Below, in pieces: positions 39,104-49,200 of a DNA stretch of 64,000 nt. Made by a program: the position numbers and the translations under genes. The stretch's first letter is position 1, and every line of letters starts with the position of its first letter. The stretch is from Verrucomicrobiota bacterium (GTDB lineage Bacteria; Verrucomicrobiota; Verrucomicrobiia; Opitutales; Cerasicoccaceae), in assembly GCA_039818205.1 (NCBI GenBank), contig JBCBUK010000003.1, positions 128,001 through 192,000 on the forward strand, read 5' to 3'. The notes beneath the pieces are model-generated. The model did not search any database and was not told the origin of the DNA. It saw only the letters and a program-made list of their open reading frames with translations.

Positions 39104-39132
39104 AGTATTGATGAAAAGTATCTTCATGTCAA
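39104..39132 (-). promoter_or_regulatory. Sigma70-type promoter of pirin with an operator-like inverted repeat
   Basis: TTGACA-17-AATACT-6nt-ATG; ATGAA-N7-TTCAT palindrome at 39111-39127, essentially filling the spacer. Confidence 0.7.
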
Positions 39133-39398
39133 GATAAAATGATCCTGTTTTCTTACAGTTATGTGGCAAAATTTATTCAATCTGGGCTAATTGGTGTAAA
39201 AATTCCGGTTCGATAGGGAAAGTTTCCTGAATAGATGCGACAAATGTTACCTTAGCTAGAGCTGATCAGTTTATTGGTCCGGCACTCCATGGAATGCTGT
39301 ATATGAGCCTCTTTCATGGGTTTGATGAATTTCAGTTAGCTAATTTGTCCTAACATGTCGTTGTCGATAGATGAGTCTCGTTTCTGGAATGCATGAAA

Positions 39399-39415
39399 TT
39401 GGCACGGTGGGTGCT
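39399..39415 (+). promoter_or_regulatory. Sigma54 (-24/-12) promoter of amtB-glnK
   Basis: TTGGCACGGTGGGTGCT = GG-N10-GC, about 75 nt upstream of the amtB ATG; amtB/glnK are classical sigma54-NtrC targets. Confidence 0.75.
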
Positions 39416-39489
39416 TGGTAGTGCGCCTCTCAAAAACTCCGCAAACTAGACGGAAATGATTCTTCAATCCAACTAACTAAAATCATATC

Positions 39490-40908
39490 ATGAAACTCAG
39501 ACTCCTGAAACTCCTGATGCTTGCGCTTGGTATTGCCGCTTGTGGCTTTTCCGTCGCATCTGCTCAGGATGAAATAATTGAAGCTGTGGCCGAAGCTGTA
39601 TCAGCCCCTGACGCCATGCCTGGTCCACCGGCAGACGAGGATTACCTCGCGTTGGTTGAAACGCATGGTGTCACGTTCGACTTCTTCACAATCAGTAACC
39701 TTTGGACCCTTATTGCCGCCGGTTTGGTGTTCCTGATGCACCTTGGTTTTGCGACCTTGGAATCAGGTATGGCGCAAGCAAAGAATACCGTGAACGTTCT
39801 TTTCAAGAACGTATTCATTATTTGCATGGGTATCCTGACGTATCTCGTTTGGGGTTTCAATGCCATGTATCCGGGCTTCGATGGCTCAGGCTTTTTTGCC
39901 GTGGGTTCGCCTGTGACAATGGCTGACTACGGTGGAACCGACTTCTCCTATGGTGGAACGGGTCTCTGCATGACTGGTTGGGCTGACTTCATTTTCCAGG
40001 CAATGTTTGCTGCTACCGCGGCCACGATCGTTTCTGGTGCGGTTGCTGAGCGTATTAAGCTCTCCAGCTTTATGATCTTCTCGACCTTGTTGGTCATGTT
40101 CGCTTATCCAATGGCTGGTTCTTGGAAGTGGGGCGCAGGTTGGCTCGACGGAATGGGCTTCTACGACTTCGCTGGTTCGTCCATCGTTCACGCATTTGGC
40201 GGTTTCGCCGCTTTGGCTTGTGTGCTCCTCCTTGGACCACGTAAGGGCAAGTATCTCGACAACGGCAAGATCAAGCCAATCCTCGGCCACTCGATGCCAT
40301 TGGCGACCATCGGCGTATTCCTGCTCTTCTTGGGCTGGTTCGGATTTAACGGTGGTTCGGTTCTTTCGGCTGATCCTGAGCTCGTATCTTTCGTATTCGT
40401 AACCACGGCTGTAGCTGCTGCTGCTGGCGGTCTGGCATCGATCTTCGTTTCTTGGATTGCTATTAAGAAGCCTGACTTGACGATGGCATTGAATGGTATC
40501 CTCGCTGGTTTGGTCGGTATTACCGCTGGTGCAGACTCCGTCACGCTTCTTGGGTCGGTTATCATCGGTTTTATCGCTGGTATCATTGTTGTCTTCGCGA
40601 TCCTCTTCTTCGACAAGGTCAAGATCGACGACCCAGTTGGTGCGATCTCTGTTCACGGTATCTGCGGTATCTGGGGCACGCTAGCGGTTGCTATCTTCCA
40701 ACAGGAAGGCTCTGGTTTCAGCTTCGTCACTCAGTTGATCGGCACCTTGTCCTACTCGGCATTTGCCTTCATCTTCTCGATCATCATCTTCGGTATCATC
40801 AAGGTTACCATGGGTGTTCGTGTCAGCGAAGACGAAGAGGCCGAAGGTCTGGATGTTGGCGAACACGGTCAGGAAGCCTATCCTTACTTCCAGCCGGACA
40901 CCAAGTAA
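39490..40908 (+). CDS. amtB: Ammonium transporter
   Basis: FLMHLGFA.LE.G, FQAMFAAT, SGAVAER, DFAGS.IVH, GWFGFNGGS, DDPVGAISVHG (twin His); signal peptide. Confidence 0.97.
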   Translation: MKLRLLKLLMLALGIAACGFSVASAQDEIIEAVAEAVSAPDAMPGPPADEDYLALVETHGVTFDFFTISNLWTLIAAGLVFLMHLGFATLESGMAQAKNTVNVLFKNVFIICMGILTYLVWGFNAMYPGFDGSGFFAVGSPVTMADYGGTDFSYGGTGLCMTGWADFIFQAMFAATAATIVSGAVAERIKLSSFMIFSTLLVMFAYPMAGSWKWGAGWLDGMGFYDFAGSSIVHAFGGFAALACVLLLGPRKGKYLDNGKIKPILGHSMPLATIGVFLLFLGWFGFNGGSVLSADPELVSFVFVTTAVAAAAGGLASIFVSWIAIKKPDLTMALNGILAGLVGITAGADSVTLLGSVIIGFIAGIIVVFAILFFDKVKIDDPVGAISVHGICGIWGTLAVAIFQQEGSGFSFVTQLIGTLSYSAFAFIFSIIIFGIIKVTMGVRVSEDEEAEGLDVGEHGQEAYPYFQPDTK

Positions 40909-40950
40909 TGGCGCGAGTCTCGACTTGATTCATTGCCAATCAACCGATAA

Positions 40951-41310
<360 letters not shown>

Positions 41311-41332
41311 TCTAGTCTGTCACTGATATTTC

Positions 41333-41374
41333 ACGACCTCCGCTGGTTTAGTCCAGCGGGGGTCGTTTTGTTTG
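41333..41374 (+). terminator. Rho-independent terminator after glnK
   Basis: ACGACCTCCGCTGG-TTTAGT-CCAGCGGGGGTCGT followed by TTTGTTTG. Confidence 0.85.
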
Positions 41375-41509
41375 TGCCGGCGCGCTCTGGCCTGGCGTGC
41401 GAATCGCTCTTGTCGACGCAGCCCCGCCCAGCTGATTGGAATTTGGCGAGGCTTCTCCTAATATTGTGTTTGGCAAAAGCGTTCTTAACCGCAAGATCCT
41501 CAGTTGATT

Positions 41510-42655
41510 ATGGCGAAGGCGAAATCTACGGCTACGGCAGATTTGGATCTACGACGTGAAGGGGGGACGCTGATCCTCACCTTGGCGGGGCTTTGGAAGT
41601 TCGGTTCGAAGGTCCCCAGTATCGATCCTGTGCTCGCCGAGTTTAAAAACAACACGCCGCCAAGTAAGATCGCCTTCGAATCTTCCAAGGTTGAAGGCTG
41701 GGACACCGCGCTAATGACCTTCCTCCAGAAACTGGGGGACCTCGCGCGCACGACCAAAACTGATTTGGATACAAAGGGCCTGCCGGAAGGGGCGATTGGT
41801 TTGCTCAAGCTGGCCACGGCCGTTCCGGAGAAAGAAGGTACTGGCCGCGGTAGCAAGAAGGAAGGATTCCTGACCCAGGTAGGCAATTCGTCGATTTCGT
41901 TTTGGAATGAACTCAAAGAGACGAATGTTTTTATCGGTGAGGCTACGCTCTCACTCTTTCGGTTTTGCACTGGGCGCGCGCGCTTTCGGTGGAGCGATCT
42001 TTGGTTGATTGTCCAGCAAACTGGCGCGGATGCTTTGCCGATCGTGGCGCTGATTAATTTCCTGGTCGGCGTGATCTTGGCGTTTGTTGGTGCGGTTCAG
42101 CTGCAGAAATTTGGCGCCGATGTTTACGTTGCTGACTTGGTGGGTCTTGCGATGGTTCGCGAAATGGGTGCGATCATGACCGGGATCATCATGTGTGGCC
42201 GGACAGGCGCTGCGTTTGCAGCATCGCTGGGGAGTATGAAGGTCTCCGAGGAGATTGACGCTCTCCGTACGCTGGGTATCTCGCCGATGGACTTCCTCGT
42301 GCTTCCGCGCATGTTGGCGTTGATCATCATGATGCCGATGCTCGTTCTCTTCGCGGATTTTGTTGGTATTTTTGGCGGTATGCTCGTCGGCACGGCGATG
42401 TTGGACGTTACCGTTCAGCAGTTTATTAATCGCTGCATCGCGGCGATCGATATTCCACAGTTTTCCACGGGCATTATCAAATCCGTCGTGATCGGAATCA
42501 TCGTCGCTGGCGCGGGTTGCTTGCGCGGCATGCAGTGTGGCAATAGCTCGGCGGCGGTCGGATTGGCGACAACCTCTGCCGTGGTGACTGGCATCACCTT
42601 GATTATTGTGGCAGATGCGATTTTCGCGGTGATCTTTAACGTCCTCGGAATGTAG
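41510..42655 (+). CDS. mlaE: MlaE-family lipid ABC permease with an N-terminal STAS-like domain
   Basis: G.DALPIV, REMGAIMT, GRTGAAFAA.LGSMKVSEEIDAL..LG, LPR, AVG.ATT.AVV; N-terminal L.L.G.W..WDT. Confidence 0.88.
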   Translation: MAKAKSTATADLDLRREGGTLILTLAGLWKFGSKVPSIDPVLAEFKNNTPPSKIAFESSKVEGWDTALMTFLQKLGDLARTTKTDLDTKGLPEGAIGLLKLATAVPEKEGTGRGSKKEGFLTQVGNSSISFWNELKETNVFIGEATLSLFRFCTGRARFRWSDLWLIVQQTGADALPIVALINFLVGVILAFVGAVQLQKFGADVYVADLVGLAMVREMGAIMTGIIMCGRTGAAFAASLGSMKVSEEIDALRTLGISPMDFLVLPRMLALIIMMPMLVLFADFVGIFGGMLVGTAMLDVTVQQFINRCIAAIDIPQFSTGIIKSVVIGIIVAGAGCLRGMQCGNSSAAVGLATTSAVVTGITLIIVADAIFAVIFNVLGM

Positions 42656-42663
42656 TCAGCCAC

Positions 42664-43590
42664 TTAGCTGGCACACGCCGCCAAAGCGATACGGAGTTTC
42701 CGCGTTGTTGGCACGTAACATCGAGCCGAAAAGACGTCGCCACTTTTGCGTTCGATCGCTCCGAGGATGCCGCCGTAGACGCGACTCATAAGTTTAACGC
42801 AGAACCGAGAGCCATCTCCGTCGAGGTAGTTGAGCCCGGTTTCGCCGGAACGATAGTAATCGCGTGCGCGGTCGATCTGAAACTTCAGGAACCGTTGCCA
42901 CCTTGGGTCGGCTGGGTTGGGTGACTTGAGAAACGCCTCGTCGAGTTCATATTCAGCCAGTTCGGTTGCTGGGAGATAGATACGGCCGCGTTCAAAGTCT
43001 TCGGCAACGTCGCGTAGGATATTGGTTAACTGCATGGCTAAGCCCATTTCGATCGCGCGGGGAACGCCCTCGATTTCCTTGAGCCCAAAAATGCGACTCA
43101 TGATGAGCCCCACCACGGAAGCCACGTGATAGCAATAGAGTTCAAGCTCGGCAAAGTCAGCGATCTTGACGGGTTTGCGGTCCCAGCAACAGCCTTCCAT
43201 CAGGTCGACATAGAAGCTTGTGGGGACCGCATATTGGCGGGTCACTTCGGCGAAGGCTGGAGCAAAGGGCAGCGTGCTGGTGTCATTGAGCATTCGATCA
43301 AGCTCTTGCTGCAGTGTTTCCAGGTCCGGCTGCTGGTCGGCTGGCGTTTCGTCAATGATATCATCGACCCATCGGCAGAACGCATAGATGGCGTAGGCAG
43401 CATTTTTCTTTTCCTGGGGCAGGGGAAAGGACGCAAAGAAAAAGCTCGTGGCATGTTCCTTTGTCGCGTCACGGCAACTGGCCAAGGAGTCGGCTAGGGC
43501 AGGGCGAGTGCTCCACCCCGCTTGAGGATTCGGTGTCTCCCAGTCAGTTGGTAGTTTGGTTGTGATGGCATCGCCCAAAGGCTTCGTCAT
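42664..43590 (-). CDS. Phytoene/squalene synthase family (CrtB/HpnD-like)
   Basis: SFFFAS, YAFCRWVDDIID, YCYHVASVVG, QLTNILRDVAED.ERGRIYLP; ATG 43590. Confidence 0.92.
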   Translation of the reverse strand: MTKPLGDAITTKLPTDWETPNPQAGWSTRPALADSLASCRDATKEHATSFFFASFPLPQEKKNAAYAIYAFCRWVDDIIDETPADQQPDLETLQQELDRMLNDTSTLPFAPAFAEVTRQYAVPTSFYVDLMEGCCWDRKPVKIADFAELELYCYHVASVVGLIMSRIFGLKEIEGVPRAIEMGLAMQLTNILRDVAEDFERGRIYLPATELAEYELDEAFLKSPNPADPRWQRFLKFQIDRARDYYRSGETGLNYLDGDGSRFCVKLMSRVYGGILGAIERKSGDVFSARCYVPTTRKLRIALAACAS

Positions 43591-43638
43591 GGCTTGACGT
43601 TCGAAACCTAGGGGCGATGAGGCAAGTCTCAAACCTGC

Positions 43639-45117
43639 CTAGATTTTTGCGGCGACCTTGCGAAAGTGGAATCCGATGATGGCGAGCGATACGGCGGTCG
43701 GCAGAAGGTTACGTCGTTTGACCGCGACCCATAGTAATAGCTTCCAATACTCAATACGTTCCCGCCCAAGTATCCCAAGCCGGATCGTGGATCGGATGAA
43801 CGCACGGAAGCGGGGCCAATCCATCGGGGCGCTGACGGTGGGGCCCTTGAACTCCTGGAGGAACGTCTTCACCCGCGCGTAGTAGGTTTCTGGATGATAG
43901 AGGTGCCGGATCAGTTTCTGGTAGCCATCGACTAGGCAATCGAGATCCATCTTTGGAATGATGTTGGTCGCGGCCGAGGTATTGTTGCCACCCGATGATC
44001 CAACCAGACGCCCTTCCTTGTTCAGGCGTTCGTGTAGGGCCGTGCCAATCGGAGCCTGTAGGATTCCGACCATTGCGGTGACGACGCCGCTTTGCTGAAT
44101 GAAGTCAATTTGGCGCTGAAAGATCGAGGGCGTGTCGCTGTCGAACCCAACAATAAAGCCGCCTTGCACCTGGAGGCCAGCGCGCTGGATGCGTTTGATG
44201 TCGGCCACGAGGTCGCGTCCGCGATTCTGCTTTTTGTTGCAATCGGCGAGGGCTGCTTCCGACGGTGTTTCGAGGCCGATGAAGACGGTGTCGAATCCCG
44301 CCTCAGACATCATGCCCATGAGCTCGGCGTCATCGGCGAGGTTGATCGATGCCTCAGTGTAGAAGGGGAGGCCGCCTTTTCGTTTTTTCTGCCATGCAAT
44401 AAGGTTGGGTAGGAGGTCGCGTTTCAGGAAGCGTTTGTTGCCAATGAAATTGTCATCGACGAAGAATACCGAGCTACGCCAACCGAGCTTCCAGAGAGCA
44501 TCGAGCTCATCGATTATCTGGGCGCTTGATTTTAAACGGGGTCGATGGCCAAAGAGTGCGGTTACGTTGCAAAAGTCGCAATTGAACGGACAGCCACGGG
44601 AGAACTGCACGCTCATCGATGCATAGTGTTTGAGCTTGAGAAGGTCCCATCGCGGAGCCGGGACCTCACTCATCGCGGGGTAGGGGCCCGCGTCATATCG
44701 GGCTTTGGCTTGCCCTTTGGCGAAGTCTTCTAGGAAGGGCGGTAAGCTGTGCTCGGCCTCTCCCAATACCAAATGATCGACTCCCGAATACGCTTCTGGC
44801 TCGCAGGTGAAAGCGGGCCCACCGGCGATCACGGTTTTGCCGAGTGCCTTAGCCCGCTCGATCACTTTGCGGGTGGATTCCTGTTGCACAACCATTGCGC
44901 TGATCATGACCGTGTCGGCCCAAGCGAGGTCGCGGTTGGTCAAACGTTCGGTGTTCAGATCCACCAATCGTAGTTTCCAATCTTGGGGAAGCATGGAGGC
45001 AACGGTCACCATACCTAGTGGTGGCAGTGCGGCTTTTTTGCCGAGAAATCGGAGGGCGTGACGGAAGCTCCAGTAGGTGGCTGGAAACTCTGGATAGACG
45101 AGAAGCGTATTCATCAA
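43639..45117 (-). CDS. Cobalamin-binding radical SAM protein (DUF4070 / HpnP-related class B methylase)
   Basis: YP.FP.TYWS, PPLG, B12 domain (SAM..Q, AGGP, GEAE), RGCPFNCDFC (CxxxCxxC), VDDNFIGN, FIVGFDSD. Confidence 0.9.
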   Translation of the reverse strand: MMNTLLVYPEFPATYWSFRHALRFLGKKAALPPLGMVTVASMLPQDWKLRLVDLNTERLTNRDLAWADTVMISAMVVQQESTRKVIERAKALGKTVIAGGPAFTCEPEAYSGVDHLVLGEAEHSLPPFLEDFAKGQAKARYDAGPYPAMSEVPAPRWDLLKLKHYASMSVQFSRGCPFNCDFCNVTALFGHRPRLKSSAQIIDELDALWKLGWRSSVFFVDDNFIGNKRFLKRDLLPNLIAWQKKRKGGLPFYTEASINLADDAELMGMMSEAGFDTVFIGLETPSEAALADCNKKQNRGRDLVADIKRIQRAGLQVQGGFIVGFDSDTPSIFQRQIDFIQQSGVVTAMVGILQAPIGTALHERLNKEGRLVGSSGGNNTSAATNIIPKMDLDCLVDGYQKLIRHLYHPETYYARVKTFLQEFKGPTVSAPMDWPRFRAFIRSTIRLGILGRERIEYWKLLLWVAVKRRNLLPTAVSLAIIGFHFRKVAAKI

Positions 45118-45212
45118 TGCACGTCTTGAAAACAGGTCGCTTCAAGCCGGGCGAGATAAATACCGGTTCACGGTTTGGTTAGAAGCGTGACTCGAGGCAC
45201 CGATAACTTTGC

Positions 45213-46163
45213 CTATTGTGCTGTATCAGGATTGATCGAGACCTCAGATAGCTCGGAAATCTGGGCGTGCTCTCCACCGATATCGTCGGGGATGAGGAAG
45301 ACTGATCCGCCCTCAATGACCGAGCGCACGACTAATGAACCATGCCCATTTAACGCAAACTTTCCTGCTGTATCCGGGTAGGCGGCGTCGATGGAATCTT
45401 TGTAGATTCTGAGCTCCAAGTTGCGTGCGTTATTCGCCTGGAACTCGTTCCAGAGTATCTCTGGATCAACGTCTCCGGAGTTGGCCTGGCTCATCAGAAA
45501 ATTCTTTCGCATGGTATCGTATTGGCGAATCAGCGGTTGAAAACTAGCCATGTACTCGCTGAGCGTCGACATCCAGTTGACGTTGGATAGAGCCTGATTC
45601 GCTTCGTTCTTGCGATCGCCTTCCATGATGGATTTGAGGGTGCCGTAGTCCGTCTGCATCTCTTGGTTGATGTGCTCCAAGCCGCGGATGAAATTCGAGG
45701 CGTTTAGCCCCTGGATGTAACGGTTGTATTTGTCCCAAAGCCCTTGGCTCGTCGTGTATTTTTGTTCTCGGCCTTGGTATTTGTAGGGGAAGGTCAAGCG
45801 CTCGGGGAATTCAGCTTGAACGGGTGCCAATTCTTCTGCGAAGTGCTTTGCATCGTCTTCAGAAACGACTTGGTCGGCATTGGGAGCGGCTTCGGTCGGC
45901 GGAAACAGAAATGCCCGCATCGCTTGGTTTTGCTTCTGGATCAGGCTACGCGTTTCAGAAGTGATGCTGGGTAACACGATGATCTCCGTGTTGGTGAGCG
46001 TGGCCCCGGGGAGCCCAGTGATTTTGAGAACGCCGGTGGTGACATTCTGCGGCTCGTTGTTGACTTCGGGCGCTTTAGCAGGCGCGGGCGCAGGTTTCTT
46101 TGAGTCGCAAGCGCAAAGCAGGAGAACAACGGATAAACAGACTAGAAATGAGACGGGTTTCAC
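45213..46163 (-). CDS. Hypothetical lipoprotein
   Basis: GTG 46163, hydrophobic signal with lipobox LCA|C followed by a Pro/Ala linker. Confidence 0.65.
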   Translation of the reverse strand: MKPVSFLVCLSVVLLLCACDSKKPAPAPAKAPEVNNEPQNVTTGVLKITGLPGATLTNTEIIVLPSITSETRSLIQKQNQAMRAFLFPPTEAAPNADQVVSEDDAKHFAEELAPVQAEFPERLTFPYKYQGREQKYTTSQGLWDKYNRYIQGLNASNFIRGLEHINQEMQTDYGTLKSIMEGDRKNEANQALSNVNWMSTLSEYMASFQPLIRQYDTMRKNFLMSQANSGDVDPEILWNEFQANNARNLELRIYKDSIDAAYPDTAGKFALNGHGSLVVRSVIEGGSVFLIPDDIGGEHAQISELSEVSINPDTAQ

Positions 46164-46301
46164 GGTGATCAGACTGATTTTGGACCGGGTTTTAGGCAAC
46201 CAGATTTTTGACTCCTTGTTGGCTCTGGGAGTTGCCAGGCAGGCCGACATTTACGTCTTTTGTTGACGGATCACATACGGTACGGTGTTTCCTGTCTCTT
46301 C

Positions 46302-48230
46302 GTGTCGCTAAAGCTTATTCATATTTTTGGCCGGCTCTTGGCGATCTGCCCAGAGGCAATTAGCCGCGCACTGGCGGTCGTTTTGGGCGGGATTATCTTT
46401 GCGCTTCCAACCAAGCGCCGACGCACGGTCCTGGCCAACCTGCATCACGCGTTCCCAGAAATGGCCGAAGCGGAGCGGCGGCGCATCGCCCGCACGAGCT
46501 GTTGTCGAGCGGTGGAGATGGCGCTGTTTGTGTTGGTGTCGCCTCACTTTAGTAAAGATCAGCTGCTGGAGCGGTTTGCCATTGAGCCCGCATTTGAGCA
46601 GGAGCTCAATGAGAACGCACGTTCTCCAGAACCCGCGGTCGCCATTGTACCGCATCTATGCCTCATGGAAAGCCTCACGCTGCTTCCGGCGCTGACCAAT
46701 GGACCCTGCCCAGAGATTGCGACGATCTACCGTCCGTTAAAGCAACGCAGTTTGGAGGATTGGGTGTTGGCCACGCGGCAGCGTTTTGGGATGCGTCTGC
46801 TTTCTCGGAAGGAAGGCTTCGCCGAGGCGATCCACCGGCTTCGTCAGCGTGAAGTGGTTGCCATTCTCTTTGATCAAAATGCGGGTAATACTGGCGTGCT
46901 GAGCACCTTCCTTGGCCGGGTGTGTTCCTCGACGGAGCTCCCGGGGATGTTGGCCAGTAAATTTGATGCGCGCTTCGTAACCGTGTGGACTGAGCGTACC
47001 GGTTTTTGGCGCGGCGTTCTTCGAATGGAGGAGTTGCCGAAGCCGCAGAGTGCAAACCATGGCATCTTTCTCAGCAATCAGTGGTTCGAACAGAAACTGA
47101 GGACCGAAGAATCTTTCCGCAATGAGTGGCTTTGGCTGCACGATCGGTGGCGGACTCAAGATCAGGTAGAGCGTCGTTTTCAGCTAAAGCATCGGCGCTA
47201 TGCCTTGGATGAGGAACTTGATTGGCGGGAATGGGAAGAGTTGCCTCGTGGGATGCGCATCTGGATTCGCCTGCCGAATTGGCTGGGCGATGTTATCATG
47301 GCGTTGCCGTTGGTGCGAGCCTTGAGAGTCGGGCGTCCAGATGCTGAAATCACTTTGGTCGCGCGAAAGCAGTTTCGACCCTTGCTGGATTCATTGCCGT
47401 TTGCCGATCAAACCCGCTACTACGATTCCAAAGACATCGGCCACCTGCGAGCACGGGGTAACGAGTGGCGGCTGGGCTATCCAGACGTGCAGATCCTGTT
47501 CACCAACTCAGCTCGGGAAGATTTGGCAGCCAAGGCAATTGGTGCGCCGCAGCGCTTCGGGATATTGAGGTCTGGAAAACCGAGACCACTACTCACGCAT
47601 GATTGGCCGGTCCCCGAAGGTTTGGATGAGGCATCCATACATCAAACGGAATTGTGGCGACAATTCCTTGGACACTTTGGCTTGACCGTGGCGCCCGATT
47701 TTTCGCCTCTTTCGCTGGAGGATATTACCGGGCGTGATGGTGAACGGTTGAAAGCGGCAGGCCGGATTGGATTGATCTGCGGCACTGAGAATGAGCCGGC
47801 AAAACGGTGGCCAGTTAGCCATTGGCGAGCCTTGATTGATCGCATGCCGGACAAGACTTTCGTGCTCTTTGGGACGCCGAACGATCGGGCAATCACCGAG
47901 CAGGTGGCCGACGGTTTTGATTCGAGCCGAGTCGTGAATCGTGCCGGAGAGACTAACCTGGCTGAGTTTGCAGAGGAGCTAACAAGCTGTGCTGCTTTGG
48001 CCACCAACGACACGGGCGGAATGCATTTGGCGAACGCGCTGGGCGTGCCGGTGGTTGTCGTTTTCGGCCCCACGAATCCAGTAAGGACGGGACCCTGCTA
48101 TAGCGGTCCAAAACGGTTGATCCAGCCGCCGGAGTGTCCAGCAACCGGTGGCGGCATGATCTCCGATGTCACGCCCGAACGCGTTTCGGAAGCGCTTGAG
48201 GAAGTAATGCGGGGAGACTCGTATGATTGA
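46302..48230 (+). CDS. Fusion of lipid A late acyltransferase (LpxL/HtrB family) and GT9 heptosyltransferase (WaaF-like)
   Basis: N-half: NL.HAFPE, H.C.ME (HX4E), IYRP, LFDQNAG, WLWLHDRW; C-half: RLPNWLGDVIMALP, AKRWP, TNDTGGMHLANALG.P.V..FGPT. Confidence 0.88.
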   Translation: MSLKLIHIFGRLLAICPEAISRALAVVLGGIIFALPTKRRRTVLANLHHAFPEMAEAERRRIARTSCCRAVEMALFVLVSPHFSKDQLLERFAIEPAFEQELNENARSPEPAVAIVPHLCLMESLTLLPALTNGPCPEIATIYRPLKQRSLEDWVLATRQRFGMRLLSRKEGFAEAIHRLRQREVVAILFDQNAGNTGVLSTFLGRVCSSTELPGMLASKFDARFVTVWTERTGFWRGVLRMEELPKPQSANHGIFLSNQWFEQKLRTEESFRNEWLWLHDRWRTQDQVERRFQLKHRRYALDEELDWREWEELPRGMRIWIRLPNWLGDVIMALPLVRALRVGRPDAEITLVARKQFRPLLDSLPFADQTRYYDSKDIGHLRARGNEWRLGYPDVQILFTNSAREDLAAKAIGAPQRFGILRSGKPRPLLTHDWPVPEGLDEASIHQTELWRQFLGHFGLTVAPDFSPLSLEDITGRDGERLKAAGRIGLICGTENEPAKRWPVSHWRALIDRMPDKTFVLFGTPNDRAITEQVADGFDSSRVVNRAGETNLAEFAEELTSCAALATNDTGGMHLANALGVPVVVVFGPTNPVRTGPCYSGPKRLIQPPECPATGGGMISDVTPERVSEALEEVMRGDSYD

Positions 48231-49200
48231 GCGGGATCGTCAGTTTATGCTCTTTGGGCTTTCGCCCGATCGCTACAGTTCGCGCGGCGTTGTGTTGTTT
48301 TTTGCAATCTGGATTGTCGCGTTTCTGTTCGCGGGTTTGATTGCGCCCATTGTATACTCTGTGATGCAAAGCATCGCTTCTGGTAACCCCGACGGCTGGG
48401 CTGCTGACCTGTTAGAACGCCCCTTTGATAAGTTCGTCGACCGTTGCCGCTATGTCCCCTTGTTGGTATTACTGCCATGGTTGATGTTGCAGGTTGGCTT
48501 ATTGGGGAACGCCCGCGGATTCTTGATGGCGAACGATTTGCGAGGGCGTCCTGCGAGCATGCTTTGGGGGTTCTATGCGCTCGTCCTTGGTCTGGCTCTG
48601 TCAGGAATCATTGTCCTCCTGCAGTTGGTCTTCACTTGGTACTGGCCCGGAGAAGTTTCAGGGTGGGGTGGTTGGCTCGGGGTGATTGGTGGCGCTGCGT
48701 TGAGCGCGATTTTGGTCGCCCTGATCGAGGAGATTATTTTCCGGAGCATGATTTTTCGTCTGTTTTACGTGGCCTTGAAACCTGGTAAGGCGATCGTGTT
48801 GGCATCAATGGTCTACGCCTACCTTCACTTCAGCGCCCCGCCCGGCATGCTCGCCGAGGCGAGCGCGAACCCTGGCATTTTTGCGGGACTGAAGATTGCG
48901 CTGATGAACGCGGCTGGTGGCGTTTTGAATTTCAACCTCCTGGAGTTTGCGAACTACACAGCCTTGGGAATTCTTCTGGCGGTGTTGTACCTTCGTAGCC
49001 GGAGTTTGTGGGCGCCCGTTGGGCTGCACGCGGGAATTGTTTTCGTGATGTTGATCTACCAACGCACGGTCCATGTCTTTCCCGACGAAGAGCGTTGGCT
49101 GTTTGCCGGAGGCGGGCTGACGGACGGCGTTCTACCGCTGATCCTCACGCTTGCGCTTTCCCTGCTTTTCGCCCTACGGTTACCGGTTTCGCGATCATGA
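48223..49200 (+). CDS. CPBP (Abi/Rce1) family intramembrane glutamic endopeptidase
   Basis: EEIIFR, YAYLHF, SLWAPVGLHAG; polytopic. Confidence 0.88.
   Translation: MIERDRQFMLFGLSPDRYSSRGVVLFFAIWIVAFLFAGLIAPIVYSVMQSIASGNPDGWAADLLERPFDKFVDRCRYVPLLVLLPWLMLQVGLLGNARGFLMANDLRGRPASMLWGFYALVLGLALSGIIVLLQLVFTWYWPGEVSGWGGWLGVIGGAALSAILVALIEEIIFRSMIFRLFYVALKPGKAIVLASMVYAYLHFSAPPGMLAEASANPGIFAGLKIALMNAAGGVLNFNLLEFANYTALGILLAVLYLRSRSLWAPVGLHAGIVFVMLIYQRTVHVFPDEERWLFAGGGLTDGVLPLILTLALSLLFALRLPVSRS

Noticed and set aside
39886..40656. 256-aa antisense ORF in amtB (similar ones occur in msbA, clpB and acnA)
   Set aside because: Expected from codon bias in strongly biased genes; no recognisable domains.
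49008..49196. N-terminal extension of the SGNH-MTase ORF
   Set aside because: It lies inside the CPBP gene. ATG 49197 gives ATGA coupling and places GDSH at the N-terminus.
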